Positions 1 to 10,300 of a stretch of 64,000 nt of DNA are shown one piece after another (the stretch's first letter is position 1; each line of letters opens with the position of its first letter). Made by a program: the position numbers and the translations under genes. The notes beneath the pieces are model-generated. The model was not told the origin of the DNA. It ran no database searches and saw only the letters and a program-made list of their open reading frames with translations. Source of the stretch: a virus. The stretch lies in IMG/VR virus record IMGVR_UViG_3300028394_000035, one strand, 5' to 3'.

Positions 1-2
1 AA

Positions 3-785
3 ACATCTACATTACCAATTAAAACCAAAGATAATCTTTTATATAATCGAGAGTTATTTACATTAAAATTAAATGATTATAGTAAGTTTGTTGATGTTTT
101 AATTAAAAAGAAAGAAACGATTACCAGATCATCTCAATATTCTTTAAGTTCTTCTCGTGATTTTGTTACTGCAGGAGAAGCATTTGCAATTAAATTAGAT
201 ACAAAAGAAATACCAGATAATACTTTGGTTTCATATTCAATTACTGGAATTGATGGAAATCTTTTATCAAATTCTCCATTAAAAGGATCTTTTAAGGTTA
301 TACAACAAAAATCACAAATATTAATTCAAACAAATAAAGATATAATTACTAGTAATGCAATATTTACTTTAACACTTGATAATAAAAAGGCATATGTCTC
401 GGTTCTTATTAAGGCCGTATCTACACCTCCTATTACACCAGGTATAAGAACTGATGTAACTGGTTGTATTGAAAAAATAATAGTCATATCACCTGGTTAT
501 GGATATACAACTGGTGATAAAATTACTGATGGTAAAAATACTTATACTCCTATTGTTTCACCAAATAGCGGAGCAATTATAGATGTAACGCCATTAAATA
601 ATCCAATTTGTGGATTTGAAGAACCACCAGATCTTACTATAAATACAAACACAGGTATTGGTGCGGCATTTGTTCCACTTATGAAATATTATCCTACTTA
701 TATTTCAATCAATAAACCTTATGATTTAATAGATCAGAAAAGAATATCAACAGTAGGAATTAAAACAGTAATAGATTGCGTATGA
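3..785 (+). CDS. 5'-truncated baseplate/tail-associated protein (C-terminal part)
   Basis: Frame 3 is open from base 3 (TSTLPIKTKD...) into the tracked 225..785 ORF. Contains an IIVISPGYGY motif of the type seen in baseplate/tail proteins elsewhere in the window. TGA overlaps the next ATG (ATGA). Confidence 0.55.
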   Translation, partial: TSTLPIKTKDNLLYNRELFTLKLNDYSKFVDVLIKKKETITRSSQYSLSSSRDFVTAGEAFAIKLDTKEIPDNTLVSYSITGIDGNLLSNSPLKGSFKVIQQKSQILIQTNKDIITSNAIFTLTLDNKKAYVSVLIKAVSTPPITPGIRTDVTGCIEKIIVISPGYGYTTGDKITDGKNTYTPIVSPNSGAIIDVTPLNNPICGFEEPPDLTINTNTGIGAAFVPLMKYYPTYISINKPYDLIDQKRISTVGIKTVIDCV

Positions 786-1342
786 GAAACCCATTTGCTA
801 GACAACTTCCAGGATTTAGAATTGAAGCAGGGACAGATAGTGCTAAAAATGGAAAAATAGATATTGCTTGTACTACTGATAAGGGACAAGGACTTATCAT
901 TTACGAGAATGGAAATTCTAATTTTGTTGTAAATAAAACTTCAAGTGAAGTTGTAGGGCATAAAATCGCAGACGATAAAACACCAGCAAAAGTAATTGAT
1001 GCGGTAAATGGTGATATTCATTTGAGAGCACTTAATGGAACTATTATTCTTGAAGCAAAGAATATTCGCATTATTGGTGTTGATGGATCAGAAGGAGAAG
1101 TAACAATTCAAGGTTCTAAAATTGTAAAAATAAGTGGTCCAAATGTAGAAGTCCAATCGAGTGGCGCTGCAACAATCGCAGCGGCACAAGGAGTTAATAT
1201 TGCTGGCGCTTATACTGATATTTCTGCAAGTACTCAAACTACAATTTCAAGTGGTGTAGATGCGGCATCTTCTTCACTCTTGGGACAAGTATTAGCAGCA
1301 ATTAAAAAATTCAAAGATTTCTTCAAATCTATATGTAACTAA
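782..1342 (+). CDS. Putative baseplate hub/spike-associated protein
   Basis: ATG at 782 overlaps the upstream stop, so it is preferred to the tracked TTG at 776. Short beta-strand repeats (IILEAKNIRIIG, VTIQGSKIVKISG); context. Confidence 0.5.
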   Translation: MRNPFARQLPGFRIEAGTDSAKNGKIDIACTTDKGQGLIIYENGNSNFVVNKTSSEVVGHKIADDKTPAKVIDAVNGDIHLRALNGTIILEAKNIRIIGVDGSEGEVTIQGSKIVKISGPNVEVQSSGAATIAAAQGVNIAGAYTDISASTQTTISSGVDAASSSLLGQVLAAIKKFKDFFKSICN

Positions 1343-2133
1343 TGGCTGATTTAACAATTGCGAATGTTGGCGAAAAACTAGTTGTTGGGCAAGTTGATAC
1401 TTCATTTTTGGCTGCTAGTTCTAGATTACTTCCAGGAACTGCTGTTTTGAATGGTCCTGTTTATATTGGAATGCCCGCTCAAATAGGAGTAGCAAGAGCG
1501 GCTTGTATGATTGGACCACCGATTTCAATTGCACTTCCAGTATCTTTGGAAGTTACAGGTATTACAAATCTTTTAGGCAACTTAAATGTTTTTGGTCTTT
1601 CTACCTTTAATGGTGCTTCTATTTTTAATGGTGTTTCGACTAAAAATGGAGCAGATATATCAAATGGTGTAAAACTTAATAATGGTTCTCATATTACAAA
1701 TGCTGCAAAAATGATTAATGGTACATTACTTGTAACTGGTACTTGTACTATACTTGGATTGTTTACTGCTGCGGGTGGAGTTGCGGCACCATTTAAGTTA
1801 TTTGATATTCCACATCCAACAAAGGAAAAATATAGATTAAGGCACGGTTGTTTAGAAGGACCAGAAAATGCAGTTTATACTCGCGGTAGATTGATAAATT
1901 CGAATATAATCAATTTGCCTGATTATTGGACTGGATTGGTTGATGAAAAATCAATCACAGTTCATTTGACTTCTTATATTTTACATCAAGAACTTTATGT
2001 TCAAAAGATAGAAAATAATAAAATAAAAATATTAAACAACTCCGGTGGAAAAATAGATTGTAGTTATATTGTATATGCAACAAGAAAAGATATTTCGCCC
2101 CTAATTATTGAGTACGAAGGAGAAGAAGTATGA
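1342..2133 (+). CDS. Beta-helical baseplate/tail spike-associated protein with C-terminal FDIPHP...LRHGCLEGPE domain
   Basis: TAATG coupling. NG(A/V)-spaced beta repeats, then a C-terminal motif recurrent in phage tail/baseplate proteins (recognised from memory). Confidence 0.55.
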   Translation: MADLTIANVGEKLVVGQVDTSFLAASSRLLPGTAVLNGPVYIGMPAQIGVARAACMIGPPISIALPVSLEVTGITNLLGNLNVFGLSTFNGASIFNGVSTKNGADISNGVKLNNGSHITNAAKMINGTLLVTGTCTILGLFTAAGGVAAPFKLFDIPHPTKEKYRLRHGCLEGPENAVYTRGRLINSNIINLPDYWTGLVDEKSITVHLTSYILHQELYVQKIENNKIKILNNSGGKIDCSYIVYATRKDISPLIIEYEGEEV

Positions 2134-3161
2134 CTAGACAATCATTAAATCAAAAATATGACGAAGAACTGAATTCAATACAAAATCAAATTGTATCACT
2201 TGGTGAAATTAAATTACCAGTTCAATCTTCACTTAGTGAACTTATAACACCATTATCACAATTAGATGAAAGAATTGCAGAACTTACCGTAGATATTAAT
2301 AAAAAAATATATGATATTTCAATCGTATCTGGTATTGCTACTGCTTGTGGTTGTGGTACAGTTTTTACTGCTATGGATGAAAATGAAAATCAAATACAGA
2401 TAAGTGTTGGTACTACTTATTATTACGAACAAGCAAAGGCACATCGTATAAATGCAGAAAACACATCTTATTCTGGATTTGATCCATTTGCAAAACTTGA
2501 TGGAACTGATGGTTCTACTTCTTTTACTTCTGGAATTGGTTCTACTACTTTTGTAGTAGGTGCAGATCAAAATTCTATTCTAGAATTAGTTATAGGTAAT
2601 GTTGGTTCTGGTATTGGTGCAACTAATATTACATCTTATTTTGGAAGATCCTTATTAGGTGGTAGTGGTAGTGGAGCAAAAGCAGATGTAATAGTTACTG
2701 TTGGTGGAACTGTTGCAAATGTAATTGTAAATAATGGTGGATCTGGTTATGCGGTAAATGATAGTTTAAATATTCCTTTTTTCCCTGGTGCATCTTTTAT
2801 AGTTAATGATGTTGGTTCACCTATTCTTGGAATTGGTATTGATACTTATATTGTTGCAAGTTCTGGAATTGGAAGTGAATTTATACCAGATATTGATACT
2901 ACACAAACAAGTACTTGCCCAACATCTTGTGCTGCTTATGGAGCACAAGTTGATGCTCTAAAAGCAGATATAGTTACACTTAGAAGTCAAAGGGATGCAA
3001 TTATGGTGGGATCAAATTCGATTAAAGTTGAAACAAAAAAATCTTATGTTCAACGATATTCTTATAATTTTGCAGAAGCAGAATTAAATAAAAGAAAAAC
3101 CGAAATTGATGCAGTTAGATTTGTTTTAAATAATCCTACTTATAATCAATACTTCTCATGA
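2130..3161 (+). CDS. Virion structural protein with coiled-coil ends
   Basis: ATGA overlaps on both sides. VIVNNGGSGY motif; coiled-coil-like termini. Confidence 0.55.
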   Translation: MTRQSLNQKYDEELNSIQNQIVSLGEIKLPVQSSLSELITPLSQLDERIAELTVDINKKIYDISIVSGIATACGCGTVFTAMDENENQIQISVGTTYYYEQAKAHRINAENTSYSGFDPFAKLDGTDGSTSFTSGIGSTTFVVGADQNSILELVIGNVGSGIGATNITSYFGRSLLGGSGSGAKADVIVTVGGTVANVIVNNGGSGYAVNDSLNIPFFPGASFIVNDVGSPILGIGIDTYIVASSGIGSEFIPDIDTTQTSTCPTSCAAYGAQVDALKADIVTLRSQRDAIMVGSNSIKVETKKSYVQRYSYNFAEAELNKRKTEIDAVRFVLNNPTYNQYFS

Positions 3162-6100
3162 GTATACTTCTTAGAAATAGAATTACTGGTATTACTACAT
3201 CAACTGATTTGTTCGGTGAGGACCTTGCTTTATTTTTAAGAGAATATCCAGATTTAGTTAAAGTTGGTATTGGAACCACTACAAATCAACCATATTATAT
3301 TTTATTAAATGAAACAACAGAAGAATTTAGATCACCTTATGTAAATGGTAATTTTGTTTATAATCCAGGATTGAATAGGTTGGGTATTGGATCTAATAAT
3401 CCTCAAGCAACTCTGGATGTAAATGGTGATATTAAATTTAATGGTAGTTTTACCAATACTGGTATTAGTACATTTCAAGGACCTGTTTTCTTTACTAATA
3501 ATGTAACTTTTGATCGTTTTGTAGTTGGTGTTGCAACAATTACAAAAAAACTTGATATTGGTATTGGCGGAACCGTACTTACTGCAATAGCATCTACTAA
3601 TCCAAGTATTGTTGGAGCAGCATCAACTTATTATGGGAATATTGGAATTGGGTCTACCATTCCACAGCAAAAGTTAGATATTGCTGGAAGCATTAAGATT
3701 AATAAGAATATATTTGATTCGGTTAATGTTGCAGGAACCACAGGATATTATCTCTCAAGAGATGTTGATGGAATTCGATGGGTACAAGTTAATCCTTTAG
3801 ATTCGCAAGGAATTCTTGTTTATAATGACTTGACTCTAATTGGAGCTGGGCAATCATTTTTTGGAGTCAATCTAAAGACTGGAGATGGGTTGGGAATTAC
3901 TACAGATACTATACAAGCATTTGTAAATCCATCAAATCCAAATATTGCAGATGTTTATGTTTATGATTATTGGAGTCCAATTCTTGGTGGAAATATCTAT
4001 AGGAATTCAAATGTAGGTATTAACAATAATAATCCTACATTTGCTTTAGATGTAACTGGAACCACAAATATCACACAAGATTTATATGTTGCTGGTATTG
4101 TATCTTTTACTGCAAATACACCATCTATCAATAAAGATACTGGTGCTCTTGTAATTGCTCAAGGTGGTCTCGGTGTAGAAGGTAATGTTAATATTGGTGG
4201 TGCAACATCTATTGCACAATCAACATTTATAGGTGGAAATTTAAATGTTGTTGGTGTGGGTACAGTCAATACAACATTTAATGTTGGAATTGCCGGAACA
4301 GTCATTACAACCACCGGAATTGGTTCGGTTGGTATTGGAACCAATCTTCCATCTAAAGGTTTGGATATTGCAAAGCAAGTATTAATACAGAAAGCAGTAT
4401 ATGACTCAAATCGAAATGTAGGATATAAAACAGAATTTTATAAAACTCCAAGAACAGTATTGGGCCAAGTTGGAGTTAATACTGCCGGTGAAGTTATTAG
4501 TGATAGATTTTTTGATGCCGCAAATTTAATAAGACTCAATCTTGACTTTATTGCAGCAGAAGCAGTTGGATTTATTACAAGCACCGATTATTTGAGTGGA
4601 ACATTTTCGGTTCCTGGAGTTAGTTCTTGTAGAGATGATATTAAAAAAATATTAAAATCAATCACTCTCGACATTACAAAGGGTGGAAACTCACAATCTG
4701 TAGGTGCCGGTCTTTCTTATTATAATGGTGGGTCACTTATCCATATTACATCTGGTGCTCAACAAACAGCAACTGTCGTTGCAATTACAACTGCCGCACA
4801 AATTTCACAAAAAGTAATTAATAACGTTTTACTAACAAAATCATACCAAAGTGGTGTGAGTAGTATTCGTCAAATTAGAGATTTAACAATACAAGATGAT
4901 GCTTCTGTTAATTCTAATGCAAATAATGGTGGATGTTCAAATGTAGTCTCTGCAATTTATACTTGTGCCGGTATTGTAACTACAATTATTGGAGGTGGAT
5001 CTGGTTCTGCTCCTGCTATTACTCAACCAGATGGTAAAGTAGTATGGGTTCCACCCGGAACTGATGTAAGAAATCTAGTTTGGGTGAATAAGTATGGTAA
5101 TGATGATAATGGTGGAAAAACAGAAGGAGATGCAAAATTAACGATTGCAGCAGCTGCAGCAGTTGCTCAACCCGGTGATACGATTATGGTTCGTTCCGGT
5201 GTTTATTATGAGAATAATCCAATTGGTTTGAGAACTGATGTTTCTGTTACTGGTCAGGATTTGAGATTAGTAACAGTAGTTCCTCAAAATAGTGGTAAGG
5301 ATGTATTTCACGTCAGAAGAGGATGTTTGGTTGAGAATATGAACTTTGCCTGTGATACTGGAAAATCTAATCCAGGTGGCGGTGCAGTTGCATTCCCACC
5401 AACAGATACATCTAAAATATCAGTATCTGGTTATATCGCTCCTGGGCCTGCAAATGAAGGTCCAAGTGGAAGATGGAGAAGTCCTTATATTAGGAACTGT
5501 ACCAATTTTATGCCCTTAAGTATTGGTATGAAGATTGATGGAAATCATGCAACCGCATCTACAATAGGTGCTGATTTAAAATCTATGGTCTGTGACTCAT
5601 TTACACAATATAATGAGGCAGGTATTGGAGTTTCAATTACAAATAATGGATATGCCCAGTTAGTTTCTATTTTTACAATTAACTGTGATATTGCAATTTA
5701 TTGTGATACTGGTGGTCAGTGTGACCTTACTAACTCTAACTCCTCATTTGGTAATTATGGACTATATGCAGTTGGTCTGGGTGCAACTGAATTTACATCT
5801 CAAGTGAATACTACAACCGATGCTGAAGCAGATAGAGTTGTATTTAAGAATGTAACTGATAATGTTGGGATTTCATCAAGACGACCATATGATGGTCAGG
5901 CACTATGGTTTAAAATAAATCTTTCAAATTATAATACTGGCCAAGTTGGAATTATTACTGCACCTTTAAAAAGATTAAAATCTATTACTGTCGTAAATGG
6001 TGGTTCTGGTTATAGTGAGGCATCTCCTCCTGATATTACTATTTTTGATACTGCAACAAATGATGTTCTCCCATTAGGACCTGAAGGTATTATTGCCGAA

Positions 6101-6649
6101 GTGTCTCCAACAATTAGTGGTTTGGGTTCAATTACTTCTGTTGATATTATAGATAGCGGAAGAAATTATCTTCCTAGTCAAAATATAGGAGTTCGAATTA
6201 ATGGCACTTCAACAAATGATTTGACAGCTCAGATGGAACCAATTTATTTTACAGTAAGTGAATCCTCCCTTCCAACATTTACGGTTGGTATTGGAACTAC
6301 AACGACAATTGTTTTGAATGAATTTATTCCTTATATTGTATATGCAAATGATGCTGTTGAAATGCGTAGAATTAGTCGTATTCTAACAAGTGGACATTCA
6401 TTTGAATATATTGGTTCTGGTACTGATATAAATATCTCAACACCTTTAAAGGGTGCCGTATCAATTAAAGCAAATGAGGTTGTTGCAATTGATGGTGGAC
6501 AAGTACCATTTACAAGCACCGACCAAAAAGGTAATTTTAATATTGGTGAAGGTATTCAAATCAATCAGGCTACGGCAACAATTACTGGAAGAGATTTTAG
6601 TAAAGCAATTCAAGCAGAAGTTACACCTTTAATACTTGCACTGAGATAA
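3158..6649 (+). CDS. Tail fibre/spike with pectin-lyase-like parallel beta-helix
   Basis: GIGSNNPQATLDVNG fibre repeats; WVNKYGNDDNGG...AKLTIAAA...PGDTIMVRSGVYYE beta-helix entry motif; SPYIRNCTNF, SFTQYN, SNSSFGNYGL and SGHSFEYIGSG are shared with 22216..24075. Confidence 0.7.
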   Translation: MSILLRNRITGITTSTDLFGEDLALFLREYPDLVKVGIGTTTNQPYYILLNETTEEFRSPYVNGNFVYNPGLNRLGIGSNNPQATLDVNGDIKFNGSFTNTGISTFQGPVFFTNNVTFDRFVVGVATITKKLDIGIGGTVLTAIASTNPSIVGAASTYYGNIGIGSTIPQQKLDIAGSIKINKNIFDSVNVAGTTGYYLSRDVDGIRWVQVNPLDSQGILVYNDLTLIGAGQSFFGVNLKTGDGLGITTDTIQAFVNPSNPNIADVYVYDYWSPILGGNIYRNSNVGINNNNPTFALDVTGTTNITQDLYVAGIVSFTANTPSINKDTGALVIAQGGLGVEGNVNIGGATSIAQSTFIGGNLNVVGVGTVNTTFNVGIAGTVITTTGIGSVGIGTNLPSKGLDIAKQVLIQKAVYDSNRNVGYKTEFYKTPRTVLGQVGVNTAGEVISDRFFDAANLIRLNLDFIAAEAVGFITSTDYLSGTFSVPGVSSCRDDIKKILKSITLDITKGGNSQSVGAGLSYYNGGSLIHITSGAQQTATVVAITTAAQISQKVINNVLLTKSYQSGVSSIRQIRDLTIQDDASVNSNANNGGCSNVVSAIYTCAGIVTTIIGGGSGSAPAITQPDGKVVWVPPGTDVRNLVWVNKYGNDDNGGKTEGDAKLTIAAAAAVAQPGDTIMVRSGVYYENNPIGLRTDVSVTGQDLRLVTVVPQNSGKDVFHVRRGCLVENMNFACDTGKSNPGGGAVAFPPTDTSKISVSGYIAPGPANEGPSGRWRSPYIRNCTNFMPLSIGMKIDGNHATASTIGADLKSMVCDSFTQYNEAGIGVSITNNGYAQLVSIFTINCDIAIYCDTGGQCDLTNSNSSFGNYGLYAVGLGATEFTSQVNTTTDAEADRVVFKNVTDNVGISSRRPYDGQALWFKINLSNYNTGQVGIITAPLKRLKSITVVNGGSGYSEASPPDITIFDTATNDVLPLGPEGIIAEVSPTISGLGSITSVDIIDSGRNYLPSQNIGVRINGTSTNDLTAQMEPIYFTVSESSLPTFTVGIGTTTTIVLNEFIPYIVYANDAVEMRRISRILTSGHSFEYIGSGTDINISTPLKGAVSIKANEVVAIDGGQVPFTSTDQKGNFNIGEGIQINQATATITGRDFSKAIQAEVTPLILALR

Positions 6650-6653
6650 AAAA

Positions 6654-7307
6654 ATGGCGATTGCACCAGTCAATAAATTTATTACAATTGCAGTTCCGGT
6701 TGCTCCTGGAGAACAAGTAATATATGCAACTCCAACCGGAAGGTCGTCAATCATTCTTTATGCGCAAGTATCAAATGTTGCGGCAGCATCTACTTTTCCA
6801 AAAGTTTCATTTACACATCGAAGAAAAACAAATAAGACTGGATATATTAGAAATAATCGAATTATCAAAGAAGCAAAAGTACTTCCAAATGATAGTTTAA
6901 TTATTATTGATGGAAGATTAGTTTTGGAAAGAAATGCTGTAATTTCAGATTCCGTTGTAATTGTAGGAGTTCAGTCTGGTATTACTAGCATTACGAACTG
7001 TTTATATGATTTTAATACTGGTATTACTACTATTACTACACTAACCAATCATAATTTTTCAGTTGGTAGTGAAATCACGATGAGTGGTCTTGCCTTTACT
7101 TGCTCTCCCGGAAGTAGTGGAATTACAACAACTATTTTTCCATCTCCGCAATCTGCATTTACTGTGTCTAGTGTTACTAGTTCTACTATTTTTGTTACAA
7201 ATACTGGACCAATTGGATTCGCTCATACTTATGTAAGTGGTGGATTAGTTGGACCACTTCAAATGGAATTTATTTGTAGTATTTTAGAAAATAATATTGC
7301 CGCATAA
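6654..7307 (+). CDS. Small virion structural protein, paralog of 24080..24421, with an inserted small beta domain
   Basis: IYATP..SIILYAQVSNV / RLVLE aligns by eye with VYTAP..VVLLAQVANI / KLVLE of 24080..24421. Confidence 0.6.
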   Translation: MAIAPVNKFITIAVPVAPGEQVIYATPTGRSSIILYAQVSNVAAASTFPKVSFTHRRKTNKTGYIRNNRIIKEAKVLPNDSLIIIDGRLVLERNAVISDSVVIVGVQSGITSITNCLYDFNTGITTITTLTNHNFSVGSEITMSGLAFTCSPGSSGITTTIFPSPQSAFTVSSVTSSTIFVTNTGPIGFAHTYVSGGLVGPLQMEFICSILENNIAA

Positions 7308-7309
7308 TT

Positions 7310-10300
7310 ATGTCTAAAAAATATTTAAGCGGAAGAGTTGAAAGAACACCTCAATCAGATATAACATCTGATAGATATGAATTTCTTGGTTTAGAACAGG
7401 CAGAACCAAATCTTGGAGATCCTTTGGTTGGACCGTCTTCTATTGGAGCAAAACCTGTCCCTCCGGGTCAACAATATATGATTGTTACGACTGGAATTGC
7501 TGGAGAACGTTATTGGATTCCAAATCAAGGTGGTATTATACCAGGAAGCATTACTGTTTATAATGAAAATATTGGATCGGGATTGGTTGGTGGGCTTAGT
7601 AGCACAACACAATTAGTTTTTATTGGAAATGCAATTGATGTAACGGCACCATATGCCGGACCACCATATCCACCAAATGTTAATATAACAATATCACCTC
7701 CGGGAAATAATGGAGAAGTATTATTTAAAGATCTTGGAGATTTTGCAACATCAACAAAATTAGTTTTTAATAGTTCTGTTGGAATACTAACGATTGGAAA
7801 TGGACTAAATGTTGGAAGTGGTGGAACAATATTTACCATTAAACCAACTGGATTGGTTGGTATAGGAACATCTTCTCCAACACAAGAACTGGATGTAAAT
7901 GGTGATATAAGAATAAGAGGAACGATATATGATTATAATAATCAACCAGGAGTAAATCAGCAAGTTTTAGTTAAAAATAATTTTGGTGGATTAGAATGGA
8001 ACAATCAAAGCTCTATTCGTGCTGGTGCTGGTGGAACTTATACTCAAGTGCAATATCATAATACATCTGGTTTAGTTGATGGTGCAACTGGTTTTGTTTA
8101 TGACCCAAGTACCAATAGAGTTGGTATTGGAAGTACATTACCCAGAGATATTCTAGATGTTATTGGAACTGTTAATATAAGCGGATTAGCCACAATCACA
8201 AATCTTTATGTTTCTGGTATAAGCACTTTAGGTGTTACATCAGCAACTAATCTTACTTCACAAACACTAAGAGTTTCTGGTATAAGCACTTTAGGTGTTA
8301 CATCAGCAACTAATCTTACTTCACAAACTCTTGTTGTAAGTGGTATAAGCACTTTAGGTGTTACTAGTATAACTAATCTTACTTCACAAACTTTAAATGT
8401 AAGTGGTATAAGCACTTTAGGTGTTACTAGTACAACTAATCTTACTTCACAAACACTAAGAGTTTCTGGTATAAGCACTTTAGGTGTTACTAGTATAACT
8501 AATCTTACTTCACAAACTTTAAATGTAAGTGGTATAAGCACTTTAGGTGTTACTAGTATAACTAATCTTACTTCACAAACTTTAAATGTAAGTGGTATAA
8601 GCACTTTAGGTGTTACTAGTACAACTAATCTTACTTCACAAACACTAAGAGTTTCTGGTATAAGCACTTTAGGTATTACATCAGCAACTAATCTTACTTC
8701 ACAAACTTTAAATGTAAGTGGTATAAGCACTTTAGGTGTTACTAGTACAACTAATCTTACTTCACAAAGCCTTGTTGTAAGTGGTATTAGTACATTTTAT
8801 GGAGATATACTTCCTGGTAGTAGTGGTTTTTATGATATTGGAAATGTTTTGTATAAATTTAATGAAGTTTATGCAGATACATTTGTGGGTCAAATTATTG
8901 GTAATGCTGATACTGCTACTGTTGCTACAAATGTAAATGGAGGAACTGGAAATTTAACAGCATTAAATGTAAGTGGTATAAGCACTTTAGGTGTTACATC
9001 AGCAACTAATCTTACTTCACAAAGCCTTATTGTGAGTGGTAGTGGAACTATAACAAATCTAACTGGAACCGCAGTTACTTATACGAATGGAACTATAACC
9101 AACTTAACTGGTACTGCTGGAACTATAACAACTCTTAATAGTACTAATGGAACTATAACAAATCTTACTGGTACTGCTGGAACTATAACAACTCTTAATA
9201 GTACTAATGGAACTATAACCAACTTAACTGGTACTGCTGGAACCATAACAACTCTTAATAGTACTAATGGAACTATAACAAACCTAACTGGTACTGCTGG
9301 AACTATAACAACTCTTAATAGTACTAATGGAACTATAACAAACCTAACTGGTACTGGTGTTACTTATACGAATGGAACTTTTACAAACTTAAGTGCTGGT
9401 TCTATCACTTATACAAATTCAAATTCAACTAATCTTTATGTAACTAATGGATATATTAATGTTGGAATTGTAACAACTATAAGTGGTACTAATCTTAATT
9501 ATACGAATGGAACTATAACAAACCTAACTGGTACTGCTGGAACTATAACAAACCTAACTGGTACTGGTGTTACTTATACGAATGGAACCATAACAAACTT
9601 AACTGGTACTAACTTAAATATTACTGGGATTTCGACATTTCAAGGTAATGTAACTTTAGGTGATGCTAATACTGATAAAGTTTCTTTTGGTGCAACTGTT
9701 GATAGTAATATTATTCCAAGTGGAAGTAGGAATTTGGGTAGTGTTGCAAATCCCTGGTCTAATGTTTATGCTACTACTATTACTGGTACTATTGCTGGTA
9801 ATGCAGATACTGCAACTAAACTAACTACAGCAAGAACTATAGCAATTACAGGTGATTTAAGTTATACAAGTCCAGCATTTGATGGTACAGGAAATGTAAC
9901 AGGAACAGGTACTTTAGCAACTGTAAATTCAAATGTTGGTACTTTTGGTTCTAGTACTTTTGTTCCACAGATTACTGTAAATGCTAAAGGTTTGGTGACT
10001 GGTATTACAACTACTGGAGTTAACTTTAGTGCTGCTACTGTTGCTCAAGCAGATAAGCTAACTACAGCAAGAACTATAGCAATTACAGGTGATTTAAGTT
10101 ATACAAGTCCAGCATTTGATGGTACAGGAAATGTAACAGGAACAGGTACTTTAGCAACTACTGCAGTTACTGCAGGTTCTTATGGTTCTGGTTCTCAAGT
10201 TGCTACTTTTACTGTAGATTCTAAAGGAAGATTAACAGCAGCATCTAATACAAGCATTACAGGTATTAATGCTTCTTCTGTTGCTGCTGCTGGTGCAGAT

